A DNA stretch of 55,422 nt, the filler included, from Bipalium vagum (Eukaryota), in NCBI GenBank assembly GCA_037834085.1. It is 3 parts of 3 records of this genome, joined end to end, with 100 filler letters (N's around TTAATTAATTAA, not from the genome) between each part and the next. Parts side by side here need not be neighbours in the genome. Positions count along the whole stretch, not along the records: positions 20,266 to 37,079 come from JBBMKC010092705.1; positions 37,180 to 55,422 come from JBBMKC010035144.1; 1 more part is not named here. One strand, 5' to 3'. The position numbers and the translations under genes are program-made. The notes beneath the pieces were generated by a model. It ran no database searches. It saw only the letters and a list, made by a program, of their open reading frames with translations, and was not told the DNA's origin. Shown piece after piece: positions 26,801 to 38,714 of this stretch (position 1 is its first letter; each line of letters starts with the position of its first letter).

Positions 26801-28876
26801 AATATCTTGAATCTTAGATTAAAAGGAAGAGATTTAACTATTATTGAATATTAATATTATTGAATTTCAAGACAATCTTAGAGCATTCATAGCCAAACTG
26901 CAAAACTAGCGAAGTAAAATGGATACAGGAAACATGATAATGTTTGAAAAACTATCCAGTATAATAGAAGAAATTAAATGCGAAACCAATGTCCATTTAA
27001 AAAAAGAGATCACAAAACACCTTCAATCTTTTGAAAATGAGCTTGTGTATTATTTCCATGAGTTGAATAAGGAAGGAGCTTTACTAGTACGATATCCATT
27101 TTCTGATTCTATTGATATATCCAGTATTCCTGATGATGAGCAAAATGAATTTTTGGACTTTTGGAAAGATTCTGCGGCTCACCACTTATATGACGAAAAT
27201 CTGCTAACTCAGTTCTGGTGTGCTATGTATCACTCATATTCAAAAAGTCACAATAATTGCGTTTAGAATTTTACTTCCCTTTGCTTCAATAAATCTATGT
27301 GAGAGTGGATTTTCAACACTTCTGCATTGAAAACCAAAGCAAGAAACCGACTAAATGTTAATGCCGAATTGATGTTGGTATTAACACAAACGCAACCACG
27401 TATTTTAAAGCTAGTCAATGAGTTACAATATCCCCAGTCTCATTAAGATTTGGTGATTGAATAAATGTTTTGTTATTAATAATAAATTATTAGTAGAGTT
27501 AATTGTTATTGTATTTATATATAGTGGGGTCGCCAGTATTTGTTTGGTTCAAAAATGGGGTCGCCATACCAAAAAGGTTAGGAAACCCTGAATTATATGA
27601 TATTTTTGCTTAAAAATCAATTCAATATAAATTAGATATATCTGCAAACAAAATTTTTATTATCATTTAAAAAACAGCCGGAGTCATAGTTGTATACCTA
27701 ATATATTTATTTTTCCATCATTAACAATTGAATATTTTAATTAAAAAAATTTTTATGATCAATAAAATCAAATTTCTTTGTTTTACTAAAGACAAGGTGA
27801 ATCTATGGTATATCAGATCCACTGTCTAAAATTTCTGATATAAAAATAATATTTCTTCATAAATAATACTAAATCTACTTTATATATATATATATATATA
27901 TATAACTAATAAAAAATATATTAATAATCCCTAGGAAATGCTTTATTAATATCAAAGTTATGGTCAGAATTCCAATTAGATTAATTTTTCTAATTGTGAC
28001 TTCTCTGATTTCTCTTTATCAATTGTAAATTTTTATTTTTAAAATTAAAAAATGAGTTTTTTGAATATTTTTTTATTTGGAAAAAAATCATCCTTAAAAT
28101 TAAAAAAGAAAATTTTATAAAAAATATTTTAAAAATTTAAATTAAATTTTAATAATTAAACTTACTTTCTTAATTTTGAAATTTTGATTTAGGAATATAA
28201 TATTTTTATCATTTACTTTTTAAAAAATTGCAGAAAAATACCATAATTTAACTTATTTTACATTTTTTTGCTTAAATTTAAAATAAATCTTTCATACCAA
28301 TTAATTAAACCAAAGTACAAATTTTTAAAAATATAAAATTAATTAAAATAAAATTTAATTAGAAAAAATAAATAAAAATTGTAAGAATTCATTGAAGAAT
28401 AATTATATTAATTAATTATTAATATCAAATCACCAAATGAGTTTAATTAAAATGTGACTAAACAAAACGTACATATTTTGACACTTATTATTCATACCGT
28501 AATTCATATTTAAGTTATGCTGTGATAAAAATGATATTTTTTATGAAGAATTTTTAAATGGAGAAGCATCTCTTAATTTATTTAATTAGGAATTTGCTTA
28601 TAGACTAGTACAGCTTATCATCCGTCTTGCACATGTAAAATGGGTTCTTCTAATAACAATGATGTAGTCACGGATCCTCAATGTCGAGTGGTAGGTCTTG
28701 AAAATTTACGGGTAGTTGATGCCTCTATAATGCCAAGTATAATCAGCGGTAATACCAACGCTCCAACTATGATGATAGCAGAGAAAGCTGCTGATATGAT
28801 TCTAGGTCGTGACCCTTTGCCAATGATGAAAGATGTTCCAATTTACATACCAAAAAACATATCTAACGAGAACTAA
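20807..28876 (+). CDS. CHDH: Choline dehydrogenase-like GMC oxidoreductase, 5'-partial, 6 exons
   Basis: Exons 20807-21003, 21539-21730, 21782-21970, 24484-24702, 24751-25002, 28604-28876, all GT-AG and in phase. Motifs [80 protein letters not shown]-terminal GxGxxG exon(s) are absent from this contig. Confidence 0.92.
22072..23552 (+). mobile_element. Degenerate Tc1/Tc3-like element with imperfect TIRs, in a CHDH intron
   Basis: TA|CAGTGGGAGAAAAATT at the left end and AATTTTCTATCGCATTG|TA at the right end. Internal remnants SDEKKF, GGGSLM and [14 protein letters not shown]. Confidence 0.7.
23687..24412 (-). mobile_element. Internally deleted maT/DD37D-like (DUF4817-type) element with intact TIRs and TA target duplication
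   Basis: TA|CAGGGTCTTCCAAAAGAAGCTT...AAGCTTCTTTTGGAAGACCCTG|TA (22-bp perfect TIR). N-terminal [17 protein letters not shown] and C-terminal [17 protein letters not shown] are joined without the catalytic core. Confidence 0.9.
25100..25600 (-). mobile_element. Mos1-like mariner 5' half; its probable 5' TIR is displaced to ~27675-27701
   Basis: [42 protein letters not shown] resembles the Mos1 N-terminus, followed by FLHRIITGD. Confidence 0.8.
25620..27590 (+). mobile_element. hAT Buster-type (ZBED8/SCAND3-like) transposon, near full length, inactivated
   Basis: [47 protein letters not shown] and LCESGFSTL motifs with stops and frameshifts. Right TIR GGTTAGGAAACCCTG with two GGGGTCGCCA subterminal repeats, followed by AATTATAT (NNNTANNN). 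Left end decayed. Confidence 0.9.
27881..27904. repeat. (TA)n microsatellite
   Basis: About 12 TA units. Confidence 0.9.
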
Positions 28877-29762
28877 TAATGATGATAATAAAGATTGATG
28901 ATTGGGCGCACCTTAAAAATAATTATTTAGTTTACTTATTTTAATAGAATTTTTTTTGTTTTTTTCATTTTTTTTAATAAAAAGGTATTTATTTAATCAT
29001 TTTGGATTTTTAATATTTACTTCTTCTCTATTTAACCTATTGTTCCGCTATCATAAGGAATCTAGTAATTTACTCTCTTATTATTCTCTAGCCTCAGAGG
29101 AAAAAACATTTTATAAAAAGACTTTTACTTTTATATCTTAATATTTAAGAAAATTATAAAATATTTAAAGGTAACAGATAAAATAAAAATTTTTTAGATT
29201 TTATGGATATGAAAAGATATTATTTATGAGAAATCTTAATATTCACGAATTTTATAAAAAAATATTTTAAAAAAAATATTTTATCATTTTTATAAAACTT
29301 AAAACATTGAAAAACAAGAAAATCAGAATTTTTTACTGTGAGTATTTGAACATATTTTTGAACTTTTAAATTTTTATAAAGTGTCCTTTTTAAAATTTGA
29401 TATGAATATTCATTACTTTAATGTATTACTTAATTTTAAAATATCTTTTTAAAAAATAATAAAAGAGACACTTTATTTAAAATTAATTATTTAAGGAAAT
29501 TTGTTTAAGTATTTTTATTTTTATTGGAACAATAAAATTTTTGAAATCATGTCTGAGTTTATTGAAATAGCTGCTAACATTTATCTCTTTAACTTTTAAC
29601 TTAATTTTTCATTTAAATTAAATACTCTTTGTTTTAAATTCTGAATTAAATCAAAAATAACAGACGTTTAACTCAAATTTCAACATTTTTTACTGTAATT
29701 AGAAGAATTGACGAAATAAGCAAGAACCCCGATGTTGAATTGTATTATTATTATATTTTAAT

Positions 29763-30272
29763 TTGGGTGTCAAGAAAGTTCGTGTGCTTTTAAATGAAAA
29801 GAAAAATTCAGAATATTTTATTGAAAAAACAATTAATCAATTATATGCTAATCAATATCATTAATGATCTTTCTCCTAAATTCATGATGCCACTCTCGTA
29901 GAACTCCGGGTTAATGGGCAAAAAATTGTTAATGAGCCTTTCAGCACACTCATCGTTATTGAATGTTTTCAAGTTCAAATAATTCTGCAGAGACCGAAAA
30001 AATTGATATCAGTAGGAGTTAAGTCTGGTTAGTATGGAGGATGAGGCAAAACAACACACTCAATAATTTGTTTCAGGTGACCAAAGATATATGAGACCTT
30101 GCATTGTAATGTTCTTAGAGAGCATAAAATAAAACAACAAAATCTTGCATAATGATATTTTAATTATCGCATTAGACTTCATAATTTAAACAACAGCTGA
30201 ATGATTAATTTATAAAAATTTGATTTAAGAATTCCAATATTAAAAAGCGCACGAACTTTATTGCCAACCCAA
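29763..30272 (-). mobile_element. ~510-bp non-autonomous mariner derivative with TIRs
   Basis: TTGGGTGTCAAGAAAGTTCGTGTGCTTTT / AAAAGCGCACGAACTTTATTGCCAACCCAA. Internal LPHPPY*PDLTPTDI..FRSLQNYL remnant. Confidence 0.85.
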
Positions 30273-30619
30273 TAATATTTGGACCCTGGAAAATTTTAAT
30301 GTAATCTACTTCGATAAAAGATAATTTTCAATTCTGGGATGCATTTCTGGTTAAATGGATTTACTCGCTTTATCATAATAATAAAATAAAAATAAAATCA
30401 CGAACAATAAAAATTATCAAGCCTATCAATAATAAATGACTTGGCCATTTATCTTACCCACAACAATGAGTCTTTAAATAATGTCAAATAATTAAATGAA
30501 TCAATAAGTTAAAAATGATTAAAATAATCGACCAATAAAAAATGAGTAAATTGTTAAGTTCCTAAAAATGTGGGTTGAATTTAAAAGACTTAACTCTGCT
30601 TTAGGTCACTTAACAAAGT

Positions 30620-31500
30620 CTGTGCTATCAGAAGGATTTACGGATGAACGTTTGAAGCACTAGGGTTACTGACACAATATAAAAATCGAACACAAATAAG
30701 AACAAAGAGAACACAATTTTTAAAAAAAAAATCTTTATTGAGAAATAAATTCTTTGGCAAAGTTTTAATTACAAGGGTTGCTGAGATTTTGTGCTGATTT
30801 ATCAGAATCTTTAAACACAGGCTTAGTCTAGTGTGTTAAAGCCCTCAGGAAGTTCACCTGCTAGCGGCTGTGTAAACTTTAAACAAAAAAGGAAAAAATA
30901 GAAAAACACGAAAAACTTTTATTTGATCAGCGGTGAAGAACTGAGTAATTATTTTCAAGGAACAAATTAATTAAAAGCTTACGTCAATCGGTAAGGATTG
31001 TGCAAACTGTACGTGATGAGTTATTTAAAATTAAAACAAGATTATATGCTTCTGTACTCACAGAGATTTGAATCGTGATAATAGTAAGATTTATAATAAT
31101 ATTAATAACAACAATAGTTAACAATTTACTTTCTTTTGTGCTATTACACTTTTTATTAGATCCTCCAAACGGTTGAATTCCTGGTTACTGTTCTGTTTTT
31201 TCGTGTTTAACGACACTGCTTAAATAGTAAAATTTTTGGCGTCTTTATGTATGTCTACTTTGATTGGAATGTGACTGAATGCTTTTCTGCTATTGGAATT
31301 TTTGTAGTAATGATGATCTGTTGCCTTTCAGTTATTAGTCTGCTTTTTCCAATGTTCACTCTAATGTATTCCTTGTGGTGCTTGAATGCAATTGCTTGAG
31401 TTTTTCTTTTTTGTCGTCCTAATGTTCTGTGGTGAGTCCTTTTATATTATTTATTTTTTATACATTTTTAATTTTAGTAGTATTTGATTTCCTTTTGTTA
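30620..31500 (-). mobile_element. Possible solo LTR
   Basis: Non-coding and more complex than its flanks. TATAAAAGG at 31446-31438, internal CGTAAGCTT, TTGTGTT-rich 3' part; same layout as the 53-kb LTR-like unit. No TSD confirmed. Confidence 0.3.
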
Positions 31501-33439
31501 GAAATTACTATATTTTTTTATTTATCTAAAAACTACTTTTAGTAACCTGTATAATTTTATTTGTAAATTAAATTGCATACTTTTGACTTTAATCAAACCA
31601 TAAACAATTTATTTTATAAAAATAAGCTCCACTTAAGTTTTGTGAAATAAAATGTAATCTGATTTATTTGAAATTCAGTAACCTTCAGTTGTTTAAATGA
31701 ATCATTTTAAATTAATTTTTTTTGAACTACAAATCAAGTATTAGTGGAAGTGAATCTCACGAAAGTCTTTTCAGGAAAGGTAATTATTTTTAATAAAATC
31801 TTTATAGATTATCATGTTCCAGGGAAAAATATTTTTTTGAAAAAAGATTATTAGTAAAAAAATATTAATTTTATAATGAAGCAGGGTAACAATAATTTTT
31901 TTTCAAATTTAAACTAATAATAAATGACTTTATTAAAATCGTTGAGATTTATAGGCAGAATGACGACAAAGCTAAAATCAAAATTATCGTCCTAGTGATT
32001 GGTTAAAAATTAAAATTAATTTTTTAGAAATAAATTAGATTTTTTAAAAAAAAATTTATGTTAAGATATTTTGAAATAAAAAAATTTTAAAAGATAAATT
32101 TAACAATTTCTTAATTTTTATGAACTTTTCTTTAATTAAAGCATTTTAAATTAATTAATTTTTTTGTTTTTCAGTTATTAAATAAAAAATTAAACTTATA
32201 AACTTTTAAATTAAAACAATATTTTTGGAATAATTAAAAATTTAAAAGAAAATCAAATATAAACCAAGTTATTCTTTTGGAGTCCACGTTTATTTATTTT
32301 ATCAAGGTCTTTGATACTTCGTTTTGACAGTTTTGTTAAAGATCGTATTAATCGTCGATCTGCTTAAAAGATTAGACTTCATGTTTGTTTAAATTTGGAA
32401 GCACAGAATTTTCATTGACCCTTGTAACAAAATAATCGAATTAGGACTACAAGGCTCGATGAATGAGGTAACAAGTTTTGGATGATGGGATGGATAAAGT
32501 TTTTAGCCTGTTTAAAAATGAGTCACCATGTATCATGAGTAGACTACATTTAATATCAAAATGCTTTAAAGAGTAAAGGGTTACGTTTATATATTCGCAT
32601 TCCAAATGTTAACTTTTTATTCAAACTGTAAAAAGAGATAGGAGAATTGAAAATGAAAGCTATTACACATCAACTCCCACGGGATTATAATACATCTGAA
32701 CGAAACTGGGTAAGTAGAGAATCATATTTGAGTTCATGAAAAAATATATGCTGGGTGCCGACCAAGCCTCATAGAACTGCGCACATTTCATAAGCACATA
32801 AATAGACATGCCTTAAACAGGTTTGAGTTCTCTGTTACAATAATTTCATGTTTTACTGAAAGCTCATCTTCGGAACGTCTTTGTAGCGACTCTCCATCAA
32901 GAACGTCGTTTGCGCCCAAGACTGAGAACCAATCCATTAGGGCACCGAAATCTTGGTAAAAAAAAATAAACGATCTTCTGATCACGGCAGAAGTAATTTT
33001 TGCTGTTCTAACGGGATGGAATTATGAAATTATTTTTATTTTCATTATTGCTATAAGGGACAAAGCTCGACGATTTTCGATATATTTTTCAATGTAATCT
33101 TAAACTAACAATGAAGACGATTTTAATAAGTACCGGGTTTACTTTTATATATTCAGAAAATCGTGCTAATATTCGGATTTCCAACTTTCAACTCATTGTG
33201 ACACGATGTACCTTTTACACAATACTGGATTTATTGAAAGCTTCAAAGTCTTACGTGGATTTGGCGGTCTTGAAGCTTATTTATTCTCAAAAATCAAGTG
33301 TTCTTTGCCATTAGCCAAATGCCGAAATTTTCATCGTGGATCTAGTTTGAACAAATTGTAAGAAATTTTAAAATATCATCGGTATTTTAAATATCCTTGC
33401 ATTGCTCCAGATAAAAAACCTTATGAAATGAATAAATTA

Positions 33440-35164
33440 TTAGGGTGAGTCATAAGTACGTTTCGATTCGTTTTTGAAATAATGAAGAGCGAAGTAACGT
33501 AAGTAATTTTTTAATTTAAATCTCAAAGTAAAAACTTTTGAACTAAATTTTTTAAACTCATCCACCTGTCTGTTGTTCCTTTCCGCGATGATACCATTTT
33601 TTAAACTTTTTTTTCCACATTGCCCGAATCATTAAAAGAAATGTGACATTGCTCGTAAAAGATGATAATCCAATGGAGCCAGGTAAGGACTACATGTAAG
33701 ATAAGTTAAAAACTGAACAGATTCAAATTCTTTGGTTTTCTCAACTTTTTTGTTCGCTGTAGTCTGGAATTATCTTGCTGCAGGTATATCCTATTTCTAT
33801 TGATCAGTGACGCGTATTTTCGCTGTATCTTTTCATACATTCGATATAAATGTGCACAATATTAATCTGCGTCTTACCTCTTGCTGTTCTAAATTAATTC
33901 AAAGCGAATGAAGTCTTCGACATTCCAACAAACACACAATAGTACCTTTTTTGAGAACAGTAGTTTTTTGATTTGGCTACCTAACCTATATTCACCGTTG
34001 ACCCTTTTCGTCAAGATTGCTGACATAGATCCATGTTTCATCTGATGTAACAATTTGTTGAATAAAACGGTCATTACTTGTATTTTCAAGCAGTTTAGTG
34101 CACTTCAATACGTTTCATTGCTTGATATTCTGTTAAATCATGAGGTATCTCCCTACAGCATCCATATACCTTACCTTTAGCCTTTTCATTTTGGCAGCTC
34201 TGCCGGAATGTTGTTGATCCTGAAGGCTGTTCTCACGGTGAATTTTAGTGTAGTACAAAGAGACATTGTCATGAAATGATCGAATTCGAATAATACAATT
34301 GTAAATTAAATGCACAATCCAAGATACATGAAACAGTTTTGGATAGAGTAATCGCAATGTTTTCCTTGCACCACTCATGTATCGATCTGTATCAATCAAC
34401 AATAAAACAGGCATTCCCCTATTAACTCCTTAACGATTAATGATATCTTCAATTATATTTATCATAAATTGAGAATAAGATGCCTCTGAAACTGGAATAC
34501 ATTCTACTACATAAGATTTATGATGGATATTCAATGACCCAACTAGAACATTTTAAGGGATAAATCTAATTCATCAATAATCAACAAAATTTACTTATCT
34601 TCAAGTAAAACCTCCACTGTCATCATTTCTCTATCACATCTCCCCAGAATAATGGATTTAAATAATTGCTCATTAAGAATATTTTACTAAGTGTTTTCAA
34701 AAGCTTTCGAATGTTTTCATTCCTCAATTTCCACATAAACGAAAGCCTTTTTAAATCTTTTTTGAACTTGTCTTTTGGGAATTGTATAACCTTTTGAGTT
34801 GTTGCTTTTGATAATGATTTCATTCCAATTTTTTGCCTTGTAACATTTCGGTGACTATCAATAAAAAAGTTTTGATTTGTTTCATAAACGTACCAAATAA
34901 TTTGCAATAGAACTTACTATCCTCAGTTCTTACGATTAAGAAACATTCCTTCGTTTGGACATTATTAGATTTTGCAAATTTAGAAATTTTAGAAAAAATC
35001 GCTATTATTAAAATCAATATATTTATTTTATTTTTAATTTAAATTGATCTTATTGACTTTTAAAATTCATTAGCATTTTTGACTTAAATATTTGTTTTAC
35101 TTTTAGTTGAAAGTCAATATTTTTCTTTTATTGACTTTCGGGGCTCTACTTACGACTCACCATT
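33440..35164 (-). mobile_element. Mariner (TIRs GGTGAGTCRTAAGTA) carrying an internal hAT/CGGBP-DUF659-like transposase fragment
   Basis: TIRs at 33440-33458 and 35148-35164. Mariner remnants SLQDQQHSGR, QIVTSDETWI and KKVLLCVCWN at 33500-34240. hAT-like LLLIDTDRYMSGARKTLRLLYPKLFHVSWIVHLIYN and FYCKL..FFIDSHR at 34250-35020. Confidence 0.7.
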
Positions 35165-35819
35165 ATCCATGAAAAAAAACGTATTTTAAATGTCATTAAG
35201 ACTAACGGAGCTCAAACGGGATATTAAAGTTCAAAAACAACTATAATTTATAATGATGTTTGTAAAGATAAATGTAATGGAAGTAATTTTATTTCGCTGT
35301 TAAAATAGAAAAATTATTACATATATGTTTAGGAGATTGGCCTTATTTATTTATTTATCTATTTATATTTATTTATTTTTATATTATTATCTTATTTGAT
35401 CTCTATTATTTTTAAACTTTTTGCACTTGCAAAAAAAATATTTAGTAAATTTCTTCAAAAGAATTTTCAAAAATATGTGTGGAGGGTAATTCAATTTCGC
35501 CCACTTTATATTTATGCAGAACGAGACTTTACTCCACAGAACATAACTTATTTTTCCAAGTACCTTTTAGAATTGTTTTTTAATGAGTTCATATCTAAAT
35601 GAAAGTTATCGTATTTATAACCAAAAATAAAATAAAATATGATTGTTGAAAAATATTATTTATTAAATAAAATATATTTTATAATAATAATATAAATATA
35701 AAATAAATAATATATTGATTAAATGGCATGCTTTATTTTTAGATCAATTATAAAAATAAGACAATATTATTAGCCAAAAATAATATTATTTTGTTTTTTA
35801 CTTACAGTTTCTCAAGAAA

Positions 35820-36350
35820 TCTGCTTATTAATGATTTGCGACTTTAGCCCAGGACGGAGAATAAAATTTTAGGGCAGTCAAAAAAATTAAGAAAAGATTA
35901 AGGTCCAATGACAATTTTTATATAAATCAATATCAAGCACTTAAAAATGGAGTGAACATTGTATATGAACAAAGTGACCTACCATAAACTTTTACAAAGC
36001 CCACAGGAGTGATGGAGATTCCAGGAAAATGCTTTGATAAGATCCAGAAAGAAAAGCATCAATCAAATTGTGAAATGTTTCTTACGACGTTCTCATTTTT
36101 GCATTAAATTGTAAGTGATGATGAAAGGCAGGTGACATGAAAACCCTTTTGCATAAAATCATAGAATCTTTACCCGGTGAATCATCAAGATCAACAACAC
36201 AAAATGGACTGAAAAGGGTAAGAAAATATAGTATGAGGTCAACTATTGGATCAATATATGGATTGATGTGAAGCTAGCAACTGACGCCGTTGAAAGCTGT
36301 GCAAAACTGTCGAAAGATGATCTACGGATGTGATTGACAACATTGGTTGA
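35820..36350 (+). mobile_element. Very degenerate mariner remnant
   Basis: FLH*IVSDDE (FLxRIVTGDE-like) in a region of many stops. Confidence 0.4.
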
Positions 36351-37079
36351 AATAAATGCTTCGTTATTTTAATATATAAAATATTTATCTAAAAAGAGCA
36401 GTGTCCGTGAAAAATGTGCTGATCATTGTCAAAATTAGTCTAATTAATTATTGCAATCCTTCAAATAAAAGATTCTCAAGCACCATGGTCATGGTTTTAA
36501 ATAGAATACCCTTAAGTCTGAAACTTGCAAGGATTATTGATTTTTTTATCGAATTTTATTCATTTTAAAGGTTTTTACATGAAAGGTTATGGATTTAACT
36601 TATTTGAAAGGTGTTATTTGAGCAATGTCAGAATTCTTGTTTTGAGCCTTTAGCAATGAAAAGTTTAATTTAGGACCAATGGTGCCAGATCACCATTTGT
36701 TCCGTTGATGATGAATCCAATTATTGTTCTGAATATTCTGTTTACTGCCAAATGATTGATGAATTTAAAGTTCATAGGTCGACATGCTGCATTTGACTTC
36801 ATTACCGAGACATACTTTAAGGTAATGGTTCACTTACTGTCATTATTATTCTATGTAGTAAGATACCCTTTCATTAAAATATCAAGGCAGAATGGTTCAC
36901 GTATTGATTTGTATCTCGTCTTTTATATAGAGATGATTTAATACAGTCGTGACAATAAAGGTAGCATATTTTTAAAAATTAATTAAAATTAACAAAATCT
37001 TAAATACCAGGTTGAGTCAAAAGTTATTAGCGTTTTTTTAATAAATTGAAATTGTTTTACTGCTTCATTATTACTATAT

Positions 37080-37179
37080 NNNNNNNNNNNNNNNNNNNNN
37101 NNNNNNNNNNNNNNNNNNNNNNNTTAATTAATTAANNNNNNNNNNNNNNNNNNNNNNNNNNNNNNNNNNNNNNNNNNNN
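37080..37179. other. Assembly gap/linker N44-TTAATTAATTAA-N44
   Basis: Identical to the linker at 20166-20265. Confidence 0.97.
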
Positions 37180-38714
37180 AACACATTTTATTTAAATAAT
37201 TGTTAAATTATTTAACTTTTATTACCAAAATTACAAATTTGTGGATTTTTTAAAGGTGTGGACAATTCGTTGGACCAAACTCTAATATCTGATGGCTTAA
37301 ATTTTAAAGTTTTGAAATAATTTTTTCTAATAACAACTTGAATATTTAAATAAATTTTAATTTTTAAAAACGGACATTTTATTTTACTATGCATTTAAAA
37401 AATATTATTAATAGTTAATATTAATATAATAGTTAATTAATATAACTAATATAATATTAATATTATTAATAACTAATTTTTTAAAATTATTATACTTCTC
37501 TCATTTACTTAGTTCTTTTTTAAAATATAACTTATGAGTTGTTCAGCTATTTCAAGAATCACTGATATTGAAGAAAGGATTGTTTATCATATGCACAGGT
37601 GATCGTCCAACTATTCATAGACGGACAATATCTGATCGCAAAGTTCTGATTATTGTTGCAAGTAAGTTTGCGAAAACACTCACGTATTTCTAAATTCTGC
37701 ACGACGGTGGATCCATCAACACTGACAGATACCAACAATTCCTGTAGAATATGATTTCAAGCTTTCAAACAAGGCTTATTTTTAGCATGTCGACTTTGGT
37801 TAGCAAAAGATCGCGTCACACTCACCCGATACAAACCTCATGGATCACGTTATCTTCAGAAACTACGAGTGTTACTGACACGGAAAAAACTTCATTAATT
37901 CAGGAGAGGTGAGCAATGATTTCCTCCAACATCTGGAGTCAACATCTGAGGCCAAGATTACAGATGATTTTCAAAATTTTACACGTCACCTACAGAATTT
38001 TATTGAAGTTGATTGAGACTTAGACTCTTTTATGGTTTTTAACACTTTTAGTCTAATTGTACATGTGATTTTTACAAATAAATGTTTCAAGTTGTATGTT
38101 TTTGTTAAATGCCAATAGGATTCATCGACGCAGAAAAAAGAAATTTTTGTCGGCCTCTATAAATGATACCTAAACATGCATTTTGAGAGCAAAAAACTGG
38201 TAATCAAATTTCAAATCTAGCGAACCAGTCACTAATGTGTACAGTGATTCTGGAAGACCATTGATAGTTGATAAAGATATTTTAATCAACTCTGAAATAA
38301 TAAAACATATTGGCTAATTTCTAATTGAAGTACATTTATTTTCATTCTAAATATTTGTTTTATTATTTTTTTTCTAATTGCGGAAAGACATAATTTTGAA
38401 GTCGAGATTAGCTAGTATTTTTTAATATTTTTTATAATACAGAATTAATATTAATAATAAATGATTTTCTTAATTAGTGACATATCATTGTTATTATTCA
38501 GACTATATTGTGATCTTTAATTACTTCCTTTTAGAATTTAATCAGGTTCGTTAATTTGTTATTATAAAATCAATGAAACTTTAAGAAAAATCCAGCATAA
38601 AGTCTAAATAATCTAGAAAAATTTATTAAAATTTTTATTATTATAGTTAATGAAAAAGATTAACTCTTCTCAATTTAAGTTCTATGTTAAATAAGATAAT
38701 CAGTAAGATTATAC

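Noticed and set aside
25638-27446. Domesticated ZBED8/SCAND3-like host gene
   Set aside because: Multiple stops and frameshifts plus a retained TIR indicate a dead transposon.
20807-28876. Bacterial betA acquired by horizontal transfer
   Set aside because: Spliceosomal introns and an animal CHDH-like C-terminal tail (KDVPIYIPK) fit a native gene.
37212-37394. Next AMPK-gamma exon
   Set aside because: No KKAF.AL..NGVRAAPLWD-like sequence and incompatible phase.
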